64,000 bases of DNA from Bdellovibrionota bacterium (GTDB lineage Bacteria > Bdellovibrionota_C > UBA2361 > CALJRW01): positions 32,001-96,000 of the forward strand of contig JBGSMD010000009.1 of assembly GCA_041740355.1 (NCBI GenBank), in the 5' to 3' direction. The notes under the pieces were generated by a model, which had not been told where the DNA came from, did no database searches, and saw nothing but the letters and a program-made list of their open reading frames with translations. Each line of letters opens with the position of its first letter. Positions within the stretch are counted from its first letter, which is position 1. Positions 29,935-39,213 of the stretch are shown piece by piece. Position numbers and translations under genes: made by a program.

Positions 29935-30102
29935 TATAGTTAGTCCAAAAAAAATTACTTAAAAAACTAACGATTTTACTTGGACTCCCTATTTATGTTG
30001 TTTTTAGCTATGCAAACTTAGATATCCACCGTAGCTTTTGCTTTGGCGCGAGAGGAATCCAAGATTTGCATTATCCTTAATGAATCTGTCCAATTTACTG
30101 AA
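29935..30102 (+). repeat. Direct repeat, right copy, with an internal REP-like insert (~30024-30056)
   Basis: Colinear with 27603-27742 apart from the inserted TCCACCGTAGCTTTTGCTTTGGCGCGAGAGGA. Confidence 0.8.
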
Positions 30103-30129
30103 GTAAATTATTTTTTGTCATTACGATAT

Positions 30130-31455
30130 TCACTTTGTGGTAAGCAACACGGTTTTTGGAAAACAAATTTTTTGAACAGTGACATAAATCATGAATGCCA
30201 TAAAAGTATTATTTATTGTCAAACCAATCCAAATTCCTTCTACTGCGTAATAACTGTAGACCACTGGAAAAAGTAATAAGGGAATGAATATTAATCTCAT
30301 GAATCCCAAAATCATTGGCCATTTTGGTCGCTTTAAAGCGAAGAATAAGGAATTACTCACTATAATCACCGAGTAAATAAATAAAAGAAACGAGGCATAA
30401 GAAAGATACTGACTGGCAATTTGAGTGACCTGGGGATCGCTTGTAAAAATTGCAATTAAATAACTTTTGAAAATAAAAACTAAGGCATAACCAATGAGTC
30501 CGATAATTACGGCAAATTTTAAGGATTGCTGATAAATCTTTTTGGCTGAATATAAATCGCCAGATCCATTGTACCTACCAGCCAAACTTTGAGTTGCCAT
30601 ACTTAGTCCAATGGCGGGTAAAAGCACAATCTGCTCAATCCTAATTCCAAGTCCATAAGCAGCAACGGCAGAGGCACCAGCTTTCGCTACAAAACTTATG
30701 ATAACATAAATACCAATACCAATAGTTAACATGTTAAGTGCCGCTAAACCGCTATGTTTAATTAATTCCATAAGCAAAAGCGGATTTGGTCTTAGATTCC
30801 TACATTCAGATAGTTGAAAAAAATTTCTCTTTCTTAAGATCATTAACAAATAAATTGCCTGCAAGGCCTCAATCAAAATTGTTGCTAAGGCAACTCCGGC
30901 TATACCCATTTTAAATGTAAACATAAAAAGTGGATTTAAAAGACAATTTAGAAATAATCCAAAAAACAAGGCATTTCTGAATTTCTTACTATCTCCTAAA
31001 GCAACAAGTGCAGCATTAAAAATATTAAAATAAATAAAACTAAAAGCTCCAATGAAAATGACTTGTAAATAACTTAAAGCATATGGAAAATAATCGGCGT
31101 CAGCACCTTGTAACCTTAATAATAATGGCGCGACTATGATGCCCAAAATTGAAATAAAAATACTGGCAAAAAAACCCAAAAAAATTGCTTGCCAAAGTAT
31201 TTTCCGAGCTTCGGTTTCCTGATTAGAACCTAATAAATTGGAAATTAAACTAGTGGTACCTGTTCCTAATCCCCCACTTACAGCAATAATTAAAAAGAAA
31301 ATCGGAAACGAGGCCGAAAGTCCGGCAAGCGCCGCGGTATTAAAAAGTCCCGCATAATAAGTATCGATCACATTAAACATTGTATGGAAAAAAAATCCGA
31401 GCGAAGCTGGGATTGCTATCGTGAGGATTTCTTTATTATATTTTTTATGCGTCAA
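30130..31455 (-). CDS. MATE family efflux transporter
   Basis: IAIPA....FNVIDT, ALA, GDSK, N..LNPL, GIAGVALAT; ~12 TM segments. Confidence 0.93.
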   Translation of the reverse strand: MTHKKYNKEILTIAIPASLGFFFHTMFNVIDTYYAGLFNTAALAGLSASFPIFFLIIAVSGGLGTGTTSLISNLLGSNQETEARKILWQAIFLGFFASIFISILGIIVAPLLLRLQGADADYFPYALSYLQVIFIGAFSFIYFNIFNAALVALGDSKKFRNALFFGLFLNCLLNPLFMFTFKMGIAGVALATILIEALQAIYLLMILRKRNFFQLSECRNLRPNPLLLMELIKHSGLAALNMLTIGIGIYVIISFVAKAGASAVAAYGLGIRIEQIVLLPAIGLSMATQSLAGRYNGSGDLYSAKKIYQQSLKFAVIIGLIGYALVFIFKSYLIAIFTSDPQVTQIASQYLSYASFLLFIYSVIIVSNSLFFALKRPKWPMILGFMRLIFIPLLLFPVVYSYYAVEGIWIGLTINNTFMAFMIYVTVQKICFPKTVLLTTK

Positions 31456-31928
31456 TTTAGATTACAAAGTGAAAATGAAAGATTAGTTAAGCACAATTAA
31501 TTAGATACCAAAACCCGAGAGAAGTAAGCTGATAAAAAGTTTTAGTAAGTTTGCCAATATTATTACCATCTTCGCTGGCAGGATTAAGAAAAATTTTTTG
31601 TAATATGCGAACCGAGTTTACTCAGATAAAGCCTATGGACCATGCTGAAGTGTTTGAATTAACTGCTAAATATTCAATTTTCTAACTACTGCTAATTTTA
31701 ATTTACAGTTGCATTTGAGCTGGCAGCACCTTTCCATTTTTGCAGCAAAGCTAAATTGCGAAAACTAAAAAGAGTGAAATATTTCTTTATAACATAATAT
31801 CAGATAGTTAAGCTTTTATCATAAAGATTGTCGACCTTCTCTACTAAGTGAATACAATTCCTTGTGGTTCTTTGTCTAGTTGGCTATAAAGTTCTGTACG
31901 AAAACTCCACTAATATTAGGACAAAAAC

Positions 31929-32630
31929 ATGAAGAAAATTACTTATGCTGGACACTCAGCAATCATACTTGAAGTTAACAACAAAGTTATTGCGATCGAT
32001 CCATGGCTAAAAGGAAATCCTAGTTGCCCAGAAGCACTTCATAATCCCGAGAAAATTGATCTAATTATTTTAAGTCATGGTCACAGCGACCACGCTGGTG
32101 ACACCGTTCGCTTAGCAACTAAATATAAATGTCCGGTGATCGCTGGTTTTGAGTTAGGGAATCTTCTAGTTGCGGAAGGTATCCCAACTGAACAGATCAT
32201 CGGAATGAATCCAGGTGGCTGCATTGCATTTCATACAATTAAAATATGTTTAACGAGAGCATTTCATTCCAGTAGCTTTGAGACTTCTAAAAATGGAACA
32301 CAATATGCGGGTGTAGCTTGTGGAATCGTTGTAAAGACTGAGGATTTTTGCCTATTTCATGCTGGCGATACCTGCCTATTTTCTGACCTTAAATTAATTG
32401 GTGAAATTTACCGACCAAACATCGCGGTACTTCCAATTGGTGATGTTTACACTATGGGTGCCTATGATGGTGCGGTAGCTGCAAGTTGGTTAAAATGTGA
32501 TCAGGCAATTCCCGTTCATTATAATACCTTCCCGGGACTTACCGGCACAGCCGAAGAGTTTGAGATTGCTTGTGTTGAATTGGGTGTTAATAGTCTTGTG
32601 CTGGAACCTGGACAAAAAGTTACGATCTAG
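31929..32630 (+). CDS. Metallo-beta-lactamase-fold metal-dependent hydrolase (UPF0173-like)
   Basis: GHS..IDPW, SHGHSDH, AFHSS, HAGDT, PIG..YTM, IPVHYNTF. Confidence 0.92.
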   Translation: MKKITYAGHSAIILEVNNKVIAIDPWLKGNPSCPEALHNPEKIDLIILSHGHSDHAGDTVRLATKYKCPVIAGFELGNLLVAEGIPTEQIIGMNPGGCIAFHTIKICLTRAFHSSSFETSKNGTQYAGVACGIVVKTEDFCLFHAGDTCLFSDLKLIGEIYRPNIAVLPIGDVYTMGAYDGAVAASWLKCDQAIPVHYNTFPGLTGTAEEFEIACVELGVNSLVLEPGQKVTI

Positions 32631-32722
32631 AGTCTTTTTTTCTCAAATAAGACTCTATCACGCATCGCCCAAGGGGCGAAGGCCGATTACTTGGATTAGT
32701 TAAAAGCTAGGTGAAAGAATTA

Positions 32723-33496
32723 TCAAAATTGAATCTCAACCTGATAACCTTGAAACTTACGAATATTAATTGCTTGTTCTCCAATTAGTAGGTACTGACC
32801 ACGAATCCCATTTAAATTTCCAGAAATTGTTTGATCTTTTTTCTCATTAAAGCTGACAGCTTTTTTAGGATAAGAAATTATTGGATATTTAATTTTAAAT
32901 TCCAGTGGATCAGCTGCGATTTGCAAATCAGAGATCTGCTCTAGTTCACTACGAATACCTTCAAACTCAGCTATTAAGTCAAGTTGTTCATCCTTCCCTG
33001 TAATTAACTTTCGCCAATCAGAGCGATCATTAAAATACTTTTTTAATTCCACTTCAATCAATCCAGATTTTAACCTTTCGCTGGTTTGACCAATTTCAAT
33101 AACTTGGACTGCACCTTGATCAATCCAACGAGTCTCTTTCTGGATCGTTCGAGTTATACCAACTTTTAGTCCGGCGGAATTTGCCAAATAAATTGAATGT
33201 GGAATCAGACAATGCTTCGCTCCCCACTCTGGCTCACGACAAGTTCCCTGATGAAAATGACATAGTTCTGGTCGCAAAATGCACATGTCACAAGCGGCAA
33301 GTTTTTGAAAACAAGGGAAACAATAGCCCTGATTAAAACTTTTTTTAATTGCTTTTTGACAGTGAAGACAATTAATCTTTCCAGTAAATTTCAAGCTAAT
33401 TGTGTGATTTAGTAATTCATTTATTGCTAGTTCATCAATAAAATACTCAGGGTTAGGGAAATTAATTACCCTCATTTTTTTTAATGTCTTAAGCAT
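32723..33496 (-). CDS. DUF2797-like protein
   Basis: I.C..C...KKSF.QGYCFPC, CD.CI.RPE.CH..GTCR, YLANS.GLKVGITR, RWIDQGA, GI.GQYL. Confidence 0.85.
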   Translation of the reverse strand: MLKTLKKMRVINFPNPEYFIDELAINELLNHTISLKFTGKINCLHCQKAIKKSFNQGYCFPCFQKLAACDMCILRPELCHFHQGTCREPEWGAKHCLIPHSIYLANSAGLKVGITRTIQKETRWIDQGAVQVIEIGQTSERLKSGLIEVELKKYFNDRSDWRKLITGKDEQLDLIAEFEGIRSELEQISDLQIAADPLEFKIKYPIISYPKKAVSFNEKKDQTISGNLNGIRGQYLLIGEQAINIRKFQGYQVEIQF

Positions 33497-34229
33497 GCGC
33501 CATTTTTAGTAAGGAGATTATTCTTGTCATACGAGCCTCCTCCATTCGGGTACAAGGAATCTTATTTTTCTCAATAATTGAAGCTGCTAACACTCTGGAA
33601 ACAAAAGCCTTGGTCTGTCCGGGAAATCCGGGTGTCTGAGCAATGTCCCAGAAAGATTGATTTGGATATTGTTTAATAAACTGACTAACACGACCAGGTC
33701 CAGCATTATAGGCAGCAAGTGCCCAATGCCAATCTCTAAATTGATGATATAAATCTCTCAAATATAATGCGGCAGCTTCCGTCGACAACAGCGGATCTTT
33801 TCGTTCATCTCGAAGGAGAGAAACTTTTAAACCATATTGCTGAGCAGTCGGTTTCATAAATTGCCAAATACCTACAGCGCCATAGCTACTTCGAGCATAA
33901 ATATTAAACTTGCTTTCGATTGCGGCAACATTAATTAGTTCCTCTGGAACTCCATAGGTATAAAAAATAGTTTTAAGTTCCGGTTCATATTGGTCACGAT
34001 TTTGTTTTGCAACGAGCAAATGTCCGGGATCGATTGTTAGGTAATGTTTTAATGAATATTCCAACTCTGAGCTCCAGTCATAGCGCAGCTTATCAAGTGG
34101 CGGAGCTGGATGTTCAAATGTGTAATAGCGTGTTCTTAAAGGACTATGGCGATCCTCAACAGTAGAACAACCTGCTAATATAACTAGTAAAAAAATAAAT
34201 AAACACTGTGCTGTTATTCGCCTAAACAT
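33489..34229 (-). CDS. Lytic transglycosylase lipoprotein (MltD-like SLT domain)
   Basis: LAGC lipobox, IES.FN..A.S..GA.G.WQFM..TA, DER.DP, ALAAYNAG. Confidence 0.92.
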   Translation of the reverse strand: MFRRITAQCLFIFLLVILAGCSTVEDRHSPLRTRYYTFEHPAPPLDKLRYDWSSELEYSLKHYLTIDPGHLLVAKQNRDQYEPELKTIFYTYGVPEELINVAAIESKFNIYARSSYGAVGIWQFMKPTAQQYGLKVSLLRDERKDPLLSTEAAALYLRDLYHQFRDWHWALAAYNAGPGRVSQFIKQYPNQSFWDIAQTPGFPGQTKAFVSRVLAASIIEKNKIPCTRMEEARMTRIISLLKMAHA

Positions 34230-34307
34230 GAGGATAGTTTCTTGTCAGAAATCAAAATTGGGGTTAAAGTGTATTCTCGAAGTGTAATATTCCAAAAAGT
34301 TCAGATT

Positions 34308-34874
34308 ATGGCAATCCTTAGAAATCTCGTCTTATTCATATCGTTTTTAATTTTAGGCTGTAGTAACTCGCAATCTAAAGTTGAACAAGTCTCCTATCAA
34401 ACAGACGGACTAATAAGCATTAATCGCCAAGCTCCCAAGATATCCTCTATTAAAACTCCTGAGTCTTTAGCGTTTATGCCGGTACAATTTGATAGCTATT
34501 GGTTAAAAATCAACTCTAAATTATCCAAGATTAGCCTCATGCAAGGTTCAAAAGAAATTAAAGATCTACCATTTTCTACAGCTACAAAACTTGAATCTGG
34601 CTCATATAAAATATTAATTAAAGATAGTAATCCGCTTTGGTATGCCAATGAAAATTACTACCAAGAACGTCAGCTTGATATTCCACTAGCATTTAGCTCT
34701 GAAAGATATTTAAAAGATGTCTACGGTGATAAAGCTCTTTTTTTAGAAAATGGAATGGCGGTGTTTTCTAATCCTGAAGAACAAGCTTTAGTTTCTGGTA
34801 TTAATGTGAATACAGAAACTTTGGAAACAATCTACAATAATGTTTCTGTTGATTCGTTGGTTGTTGTTCAGTAA
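34308..34874 (+). CDS. Lipoprotein with a degenerate L,D-transpeptidase (YkuD)-like region
   Basis: ILGC lipobox after ATG 34308. GSYKI..K..NP.WY...G..ALFL.NG pattern; no His/Cys catalytic motif. Confidence 0.55.
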   Translation: MAILRNLVLFISFLILGCSNSQSKVEQVSYQTDGLISINRQAPKISSIKTPESLAFMPVQFDSYWLKINSKLSKISLMQGSKEIKDLPFSTATKLESGSYKILIKDSNPLWYANENYYQERQLDIPLAFSSERYLKDVYGDKALFLENGMAVFSNPEEQALVSGINVNTETLETIYNNVSVDSLVVVQ

Positions 34875-35237
34875 AAGTAAAACGATACTAAAACCGAAAA
34901 ACACTCGCCGATTATTATATTATCATTACAATTGTGGCTAGTTAAGACAATTAGGTTTAAGTATTTTTATTCCTTGCAATCCGCACATATTCGTCCTTGC
35001 TTCACAAGATTTGATATAACCGCGTGCCATCCGCTAGGCAATATTATAATCCTCGCCTTCGCTAATGCTTCGGCGTAGCGTACTCGCATAGGCAGGACCC
35101 GCCCTCGCTTCTAAAGATATTATAGAGTACTTAAGTTTAGAAAAGCTTTGGCGTGGTGCCATCGCTAGGCGATGGCATTTGATTCTGATATTTATTTATT
35201 ATATAACTTTTGCCTAATTATATTATTGTTATTGTAG

Positions 35238-35888
35238 ATGTCAGTCATTAAAAAAACTTCTGTAAAAAAAGAGATCAAAATTGTAAAACGTAGCGTTCCT
35301 AAAGTCACTGGCATTTTTATTGATGGCATCAGTCTAGACCGAGCAACTCGTCGTATAAATCGTAAAGTAGAAATTTCTAAATTAGTAAAAAGTCTCTCTG
35401 GTGGACTGAAACCAACTGTCTGTCGTTATTACACTATTATTCCCTTTGAAGATGATTCACGTCATCATTCCTATTTAGATGCCATCCAAAGAGCTGGTGT
35501 GGATGTAATCATAAAAAGATTACCTCCTAAAGGAATGGAAAAACAAGTTGATGTTTACCCTGAAATGGCCGCAGATTTACTAGCATTTGCCTTAGGACAT
35601 TATAATTTTTCAGGATTAAGTAGACTTGAGTCTTATGGTGAGGATACTTGGAACCGAGAAGATGAGGATAAAAATCAAGAATTAATGACCAACTTTCCCG
35701 AAAATATTAAACGCGTGGCCACAATTGTTTGCCCTGCCAGAGCATTAACCTATCCAATTTCTTTGATCTCTGAACTAAAAGTTGATACGATTAGTGCTGA
35801 TTTTCGTGAAATGGCTGGAAACGACGTCCTCAAAGGCTCTGCTAAATGGATTGATCTTTCTGACTCAGAATTAATTTGGAGAGAATAA
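35238..35888 (+). CDS. NYN/LabA-like PIN-fold protein (degenerate)
   Basis: IFIDG, RYYT, EKQVDV..MAADL. Lacks SGDGDF. Confidence 0.6.
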   Translation: MSVIKKTSVKKEIKIVKRSVPKVTGIFIDGISLDRATRRINRKVEISKLVKSLSGGLKPTVCRYYTIIPFEDDSRHHSYLDAIQRAGVDVIIKRLPPKGMEKQVDVYPEMAADLLAFALGHYNFSGLSRLESYGEDTWNREDEDKNQELMTNFPENIKRVATIVCPARALTYPISLISELKVDTISADFREMAGNDVLKGSAKWIDLSDSELIWRE

Positions 35889-37295
35889 TTGTCAAATAAC
35901 AATTCTCGGATACCGCCCCATTCAGTAGAAGCTGAAGAATCTGTTTTGGGAGCTATATTACTTGATAATGACTGTATCAACTTTGCTTTAGATAAAGTTA
36001 GATCGGAAGATTTTTATCGCGCATCTCACAAGCAAATCTTTCAAGCGATGACCGAGCTGACAGAAAAGATTGAGCCAATCGATATTATCACTTTAAGCCA
36101 AGCCCTTCGGGACAAATCAGTCTTAGAACAGTGTGGTGGTATTGATTATCTTTCCAGACTTTCATCATTAGTTCCTAGCTCTGCAAGTATTAGCCATTAC
36201 TCCAAGTTAGTAAAAGAGATGTCAATTCGCAGGAAATTAATCCACGAAGCCTCGATGATTATTGGTGATGCTTTTAAAACCGATACGGAACTTCATGATT
36301 TCTTAGATCAAGTAGAGCAGAAAATCCTGCGAATCTCAGACGATCGCTCCGGAAGTGGTTTTGTAAGAGTGTCTGATATCGTTTCAGACTCAATTAGCAC
36401 TATCGAGCAAATGTATGATCGTAAAGATCCAATCACAGGTGTTAACACTGGGTTTGCTGATTTAAATAAGCTGACCGCCGGTTTTCAAAAATCAGATTTG
36501 ATTGTAATTGCAGCACGTCCCGCGATGGGAAAAACTGCTTTAGCACTTTCCATGGCACAACATGTTGGAATTAATGAAGGTCTAAACGTTGCTATCTTCT
36601 CCTTGGAGATGTCTAAAGAACAACTCGTTTTAAGAACACTTTGTTCTGAGGCTAGAGTTGACAGTTCCAAAGTTAGAACTGGAAATCTACAGGAAAGAGA
36701 TTTTCCGAGATTGGTGGATGCTGCCAGCAAAATTTCTGAAGCCCCAATATATATTGATGATACCCCGGCACTAACTGTTACAGCAATGCGCGCCAAATGT
36801 CGTCGTTTGCACCGCGAAGCACCTCTTTCATTAGTAATTGTCGATTATCTTCAATTAATGAAGAGTCCACTTTATCAAAACAATCGTGAGCAGGAAATTG
36901 CTGATATTTCTCGGTCCTTAAAAGCTTTAGCAAAAGAACTTAGTGTTCCAATTCTAGCTCTTGGTCAATTAAATCGTTCTGTAGAATCACGAGTTGATAA
37001 ACGACCAATGATGTCTGACCTACGAGAATCAGGAGCCATTGAACAAGATGCTGATATTATCATGTTTATCTATCGGGATGTCGTTTACAATCCAGAGACA
37101 GAAGAACCTAATGTTGCTGAATTAATCTTAGCGAAACACCGTTCGGGACCAACTGGTACAGTTCGATTAGCATTTACTGGTGAATTTACTAGATTTGATA
37201 ATCTTGATGAACGCCATCAAGGTGATGCCGAGGCTCAGGAAAGTTCGAGTCAACAACGAATGATTGAATTAGATTTTGGTGACGACTTACTCTAG
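35889..37295 (+). CDS. dnaB: Replicative DNA helicase
   Basis: PPHSVEAE.SVLG, AARPAMGKT, FSLEMS, VDYLQLM, SDLRESGAIEQDAD, KHR.GPTG. No intein. Confidence 0.98.
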   Translation: MSNNNSRIPPHSVEAEESVLGAILLDNDCINFALDKVRSEDFYRASHKQIFQAMTELTEKIEPIDIITLSQALRDKSVLEQCGGIDYLSRLSSLVPSSASISHYSKLVKEMSIRRKLIHEASMIIGDAFKTDTELHDFLDQVEQKILRISDDRSGSGFVRVSDIVSDSISTIEQMYDRKDPITGVNTGFADLNKLTAGFQKSDLIVIAARPAMGKTALALSMAQHVGINEGLNVAIFSLEMSKEQLVLRTLCSEARVDSSKVRTGNLQERDFPRLVDAASKISEAPIYIDDTPALTVTAMRAKCRRLHREAPLSLVIVDYLQLMKSPLYQNNREQEIADISRSLKALAKELSVPILALGQLNRSVESRVDKRPMMSDLRESGAIEQDADIIMFIYRDVVYNPETEEPNVAELILAKHRSGPTGTVRLAFTGEFTRFDNLDERHQGDAEAQESSSQQRMIELDFGDDLL

Positions 37296-37462
37296 TCGTT
37301 AGGATAAAGATTCCAAAGAAAACCAATAAACCTGTCTCACAATAAAGCTAAATAATAACTTAACTAATGCACTTAGTAGGATTTAAGAATTAGTGTCTAA
37401 CTTTACCGTTTGACTAACACATGAGTGATCGTAGCTTTGACAAACAGTATGCTTGGGATTTA

Positions 37463-38425
37463 CTATAAAATTACACACTCGCTGATAATCGGATCTTCTT
37501 CAAATTGCAGACAGGTCTTTTTCAATTCTTGAATTAGATTAGTAGGCCAATAGAGCCTAACGTCCGGCTTTAATCTGCCAGTTCTCCAGAGTGCTGGTAA
37601 GATCTTATCAACAAGTGCCTCGCGATCATCCTCTTCCCATTCAGGTTTATTTAAAATCTCTAAATACTGTAAGTCTAAAGAGAATTTTGCTTTCTCACCA
37701 CTTAGCAATCTCATTTGATTAATTAACTTTACGGATTGCTCGGAATTAGCAACCTGCGTCATTAGTAATTGCCAAGTTAAAAACTCTTGGTCAGCTTTAT
37801 TTAAACGGTTAGGATTAATTTTTAAATCTTCAGAGAAATGATCAAATCCAACTGCCACTTCTAAGCGAGCGTAGTTAGCCTTAGATTCTGGATTATTAAA
37901 TAAATGATAACTATGGCCGGCATATTTTAATGCTAAGAATTCCTCTCCGATTAAAAAATAAATCGCGCTTAAATTTTCAGCAATGGTTGCTTGATAATCA
38001 ACAACTTCTAGTTCACGAGCTTGAGTTAAACATTGTTTAAAACTTTTGATAGCTGATTGATAATCACCTTTGGCTTGGTAGTACTTAGCAAAAAGTATTT
38101 TAACGTCTAAATCATTAGGTAGCCTAAGTGATAATTGATCGATTGATTCTTTGGCAAGATCAAACTGACGAGTACGAATTAAAGTATTTACCAAATTAAC
38201 TTCAATGTTTTTTCTCTTCGGAAATAAATAATCCGCTTCACGAAATTTCATTTCCGCATTAAAATACCTTCCTTTCAGAAAATAATCACTTCCTTCGCGA
38301 ACAAGTTGTATTGCCAACTGTTCATCTTGCGGAACAAAATTACTTATCCCTCTTAAATCTTCATTAGGTAAAGCACAGCCACCAAAAGCAGAAATTAGAC
38401 AGAGAAAAAAAAGAAGATGCCTCAT
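37463..38425 (-). CDS. TPR-like lipoprotein
   Basis: FGGC lipobox and TPR-like helical repeats. Confidence 0.65.
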   Translation of the reverse strand: MRHLLFFLCLISAFGGCALPNEDLRGISNFVPQDEQLAIQLVREGSDYFLKGRYFNAEMKFREADYLFPKRKNIEVNLVNTLIRTRQFDLAKESIDQLSLRLPNDLDVKILFAKYYQAKGDYQSAIKSFKQCLTQARELEVVDYQATIAENLSAIYFLIGEEFLALKYAGHSYHLFNNPESKANYARLEVAVGFDHFSEDLKINPNRLNKADQEFLTWQLLMTQVANSEQSVKLINQMRLLSGEKAKFSLDLQYLEILNKPEWEEDDREALVDKILPALWRTGRLKPDVRLYWPTNLIQELKKTCLQFEEDPIISECVIL

Positions 38426-38475
38426 AATATATGCTTAACTTAATGATGGAATAGGTTTAAAACTTTCGCCAAGCA

Positions 38476-39213
38476 CTACAACTTTAATCTTTTAAAAATT
38501 GTTTCAGGAATAATCTTAATAATCATCATGATATATCGCCAGAACCAAGGCACATAGATTACGTCCTTCTTGGTTTCAATTGCCTTTTTAATATCTAAAG
38601 CAATTACTTCTGGTTTTACAAATAGAAAATTCTTTTTCACATCAGCTGTCATTGGAGTATCAATAAAGCCCGGCTTAATTGTTAATACTTGTACACCATC
38701 CGCGTATAAACGATTACGCAGACCTTGAAGTAACAATGTTAGTGCTCCCTTAGCGGCTCCATAGATGTAATTACTCTGTCGACCACGATCTCCTGCAACT
38801 GATGAAATCACAGCAATCGTCCCCTGCTTTCTTTGACTAAAATAATTAGCGAGTGAAGTTAAAATTGAAACGACACTAATAAAATTTACGTCCAGCTCTT
38901 GTTGTGCTTGACTAAAATCCATCTCCAATGACTTTTGTTTCCCTAAAGAACCATAAGCCACTAAAGCAATATCAAAATCACCGAACCCTTGATTAATATT
39001 TTTAAATAGTTCGATGTGATCTTCAGACTTGGCCAACGCAAACTCAATTAAGTGTATTTTTTTTGCTCCTCGAGCCAATAAATCAGCTTCAGTGTCGATT
39101 AGCTTTTCATGATTTCTAGCTATCAAACAAAGTTCCGCCCCTTGCTCGGCGTATAAGCGTGCTGTAGCTAAAGCAATCGCTGAAGTTGCACCAAAAATTA
39201 TTATTTTACTCAT
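38476..39213 (-). CDS. DprE2-like short-chain dehydrogenase
   Basis: GATSAIA, SSVAGDRGR.SNY.YG.AK, KPGFIDTPMT. ATGA overlap with the upstream oxidase. Confidence 0.88.
   Translation of the reverse strand: MSKIIIFGATSAIALATARLYAEQGAELCLIARNHEKLIDTEADLLARGAKKIHLIEFALAKSEDHIELFKNINQGFGDFDIALVAYGSLGKQKSLEMDFSQAQQELDVNFISVVSILTSLANYFSQRKQGTIAVISSVAGDRGRQSNYIYGAAKGALTLLLQGLRNRLYADGVQVLTIKPGFIDTPMTADVKKNFLFVKPEVIALDIKKAIETKKDVIYVPWFWRYIMMIIKIIPETIFKRLKL

Noticed and set aside
30043-30276. 77-aa ORF
   Set aside because: Starts inside a repeat and runs antisense into the MATE gene.
31456-31928. Possible gene or riboswitch in the MATE-hydrolase spacer
   Set aside because: No convincing ORF or recognisable RNA motif found by eye.
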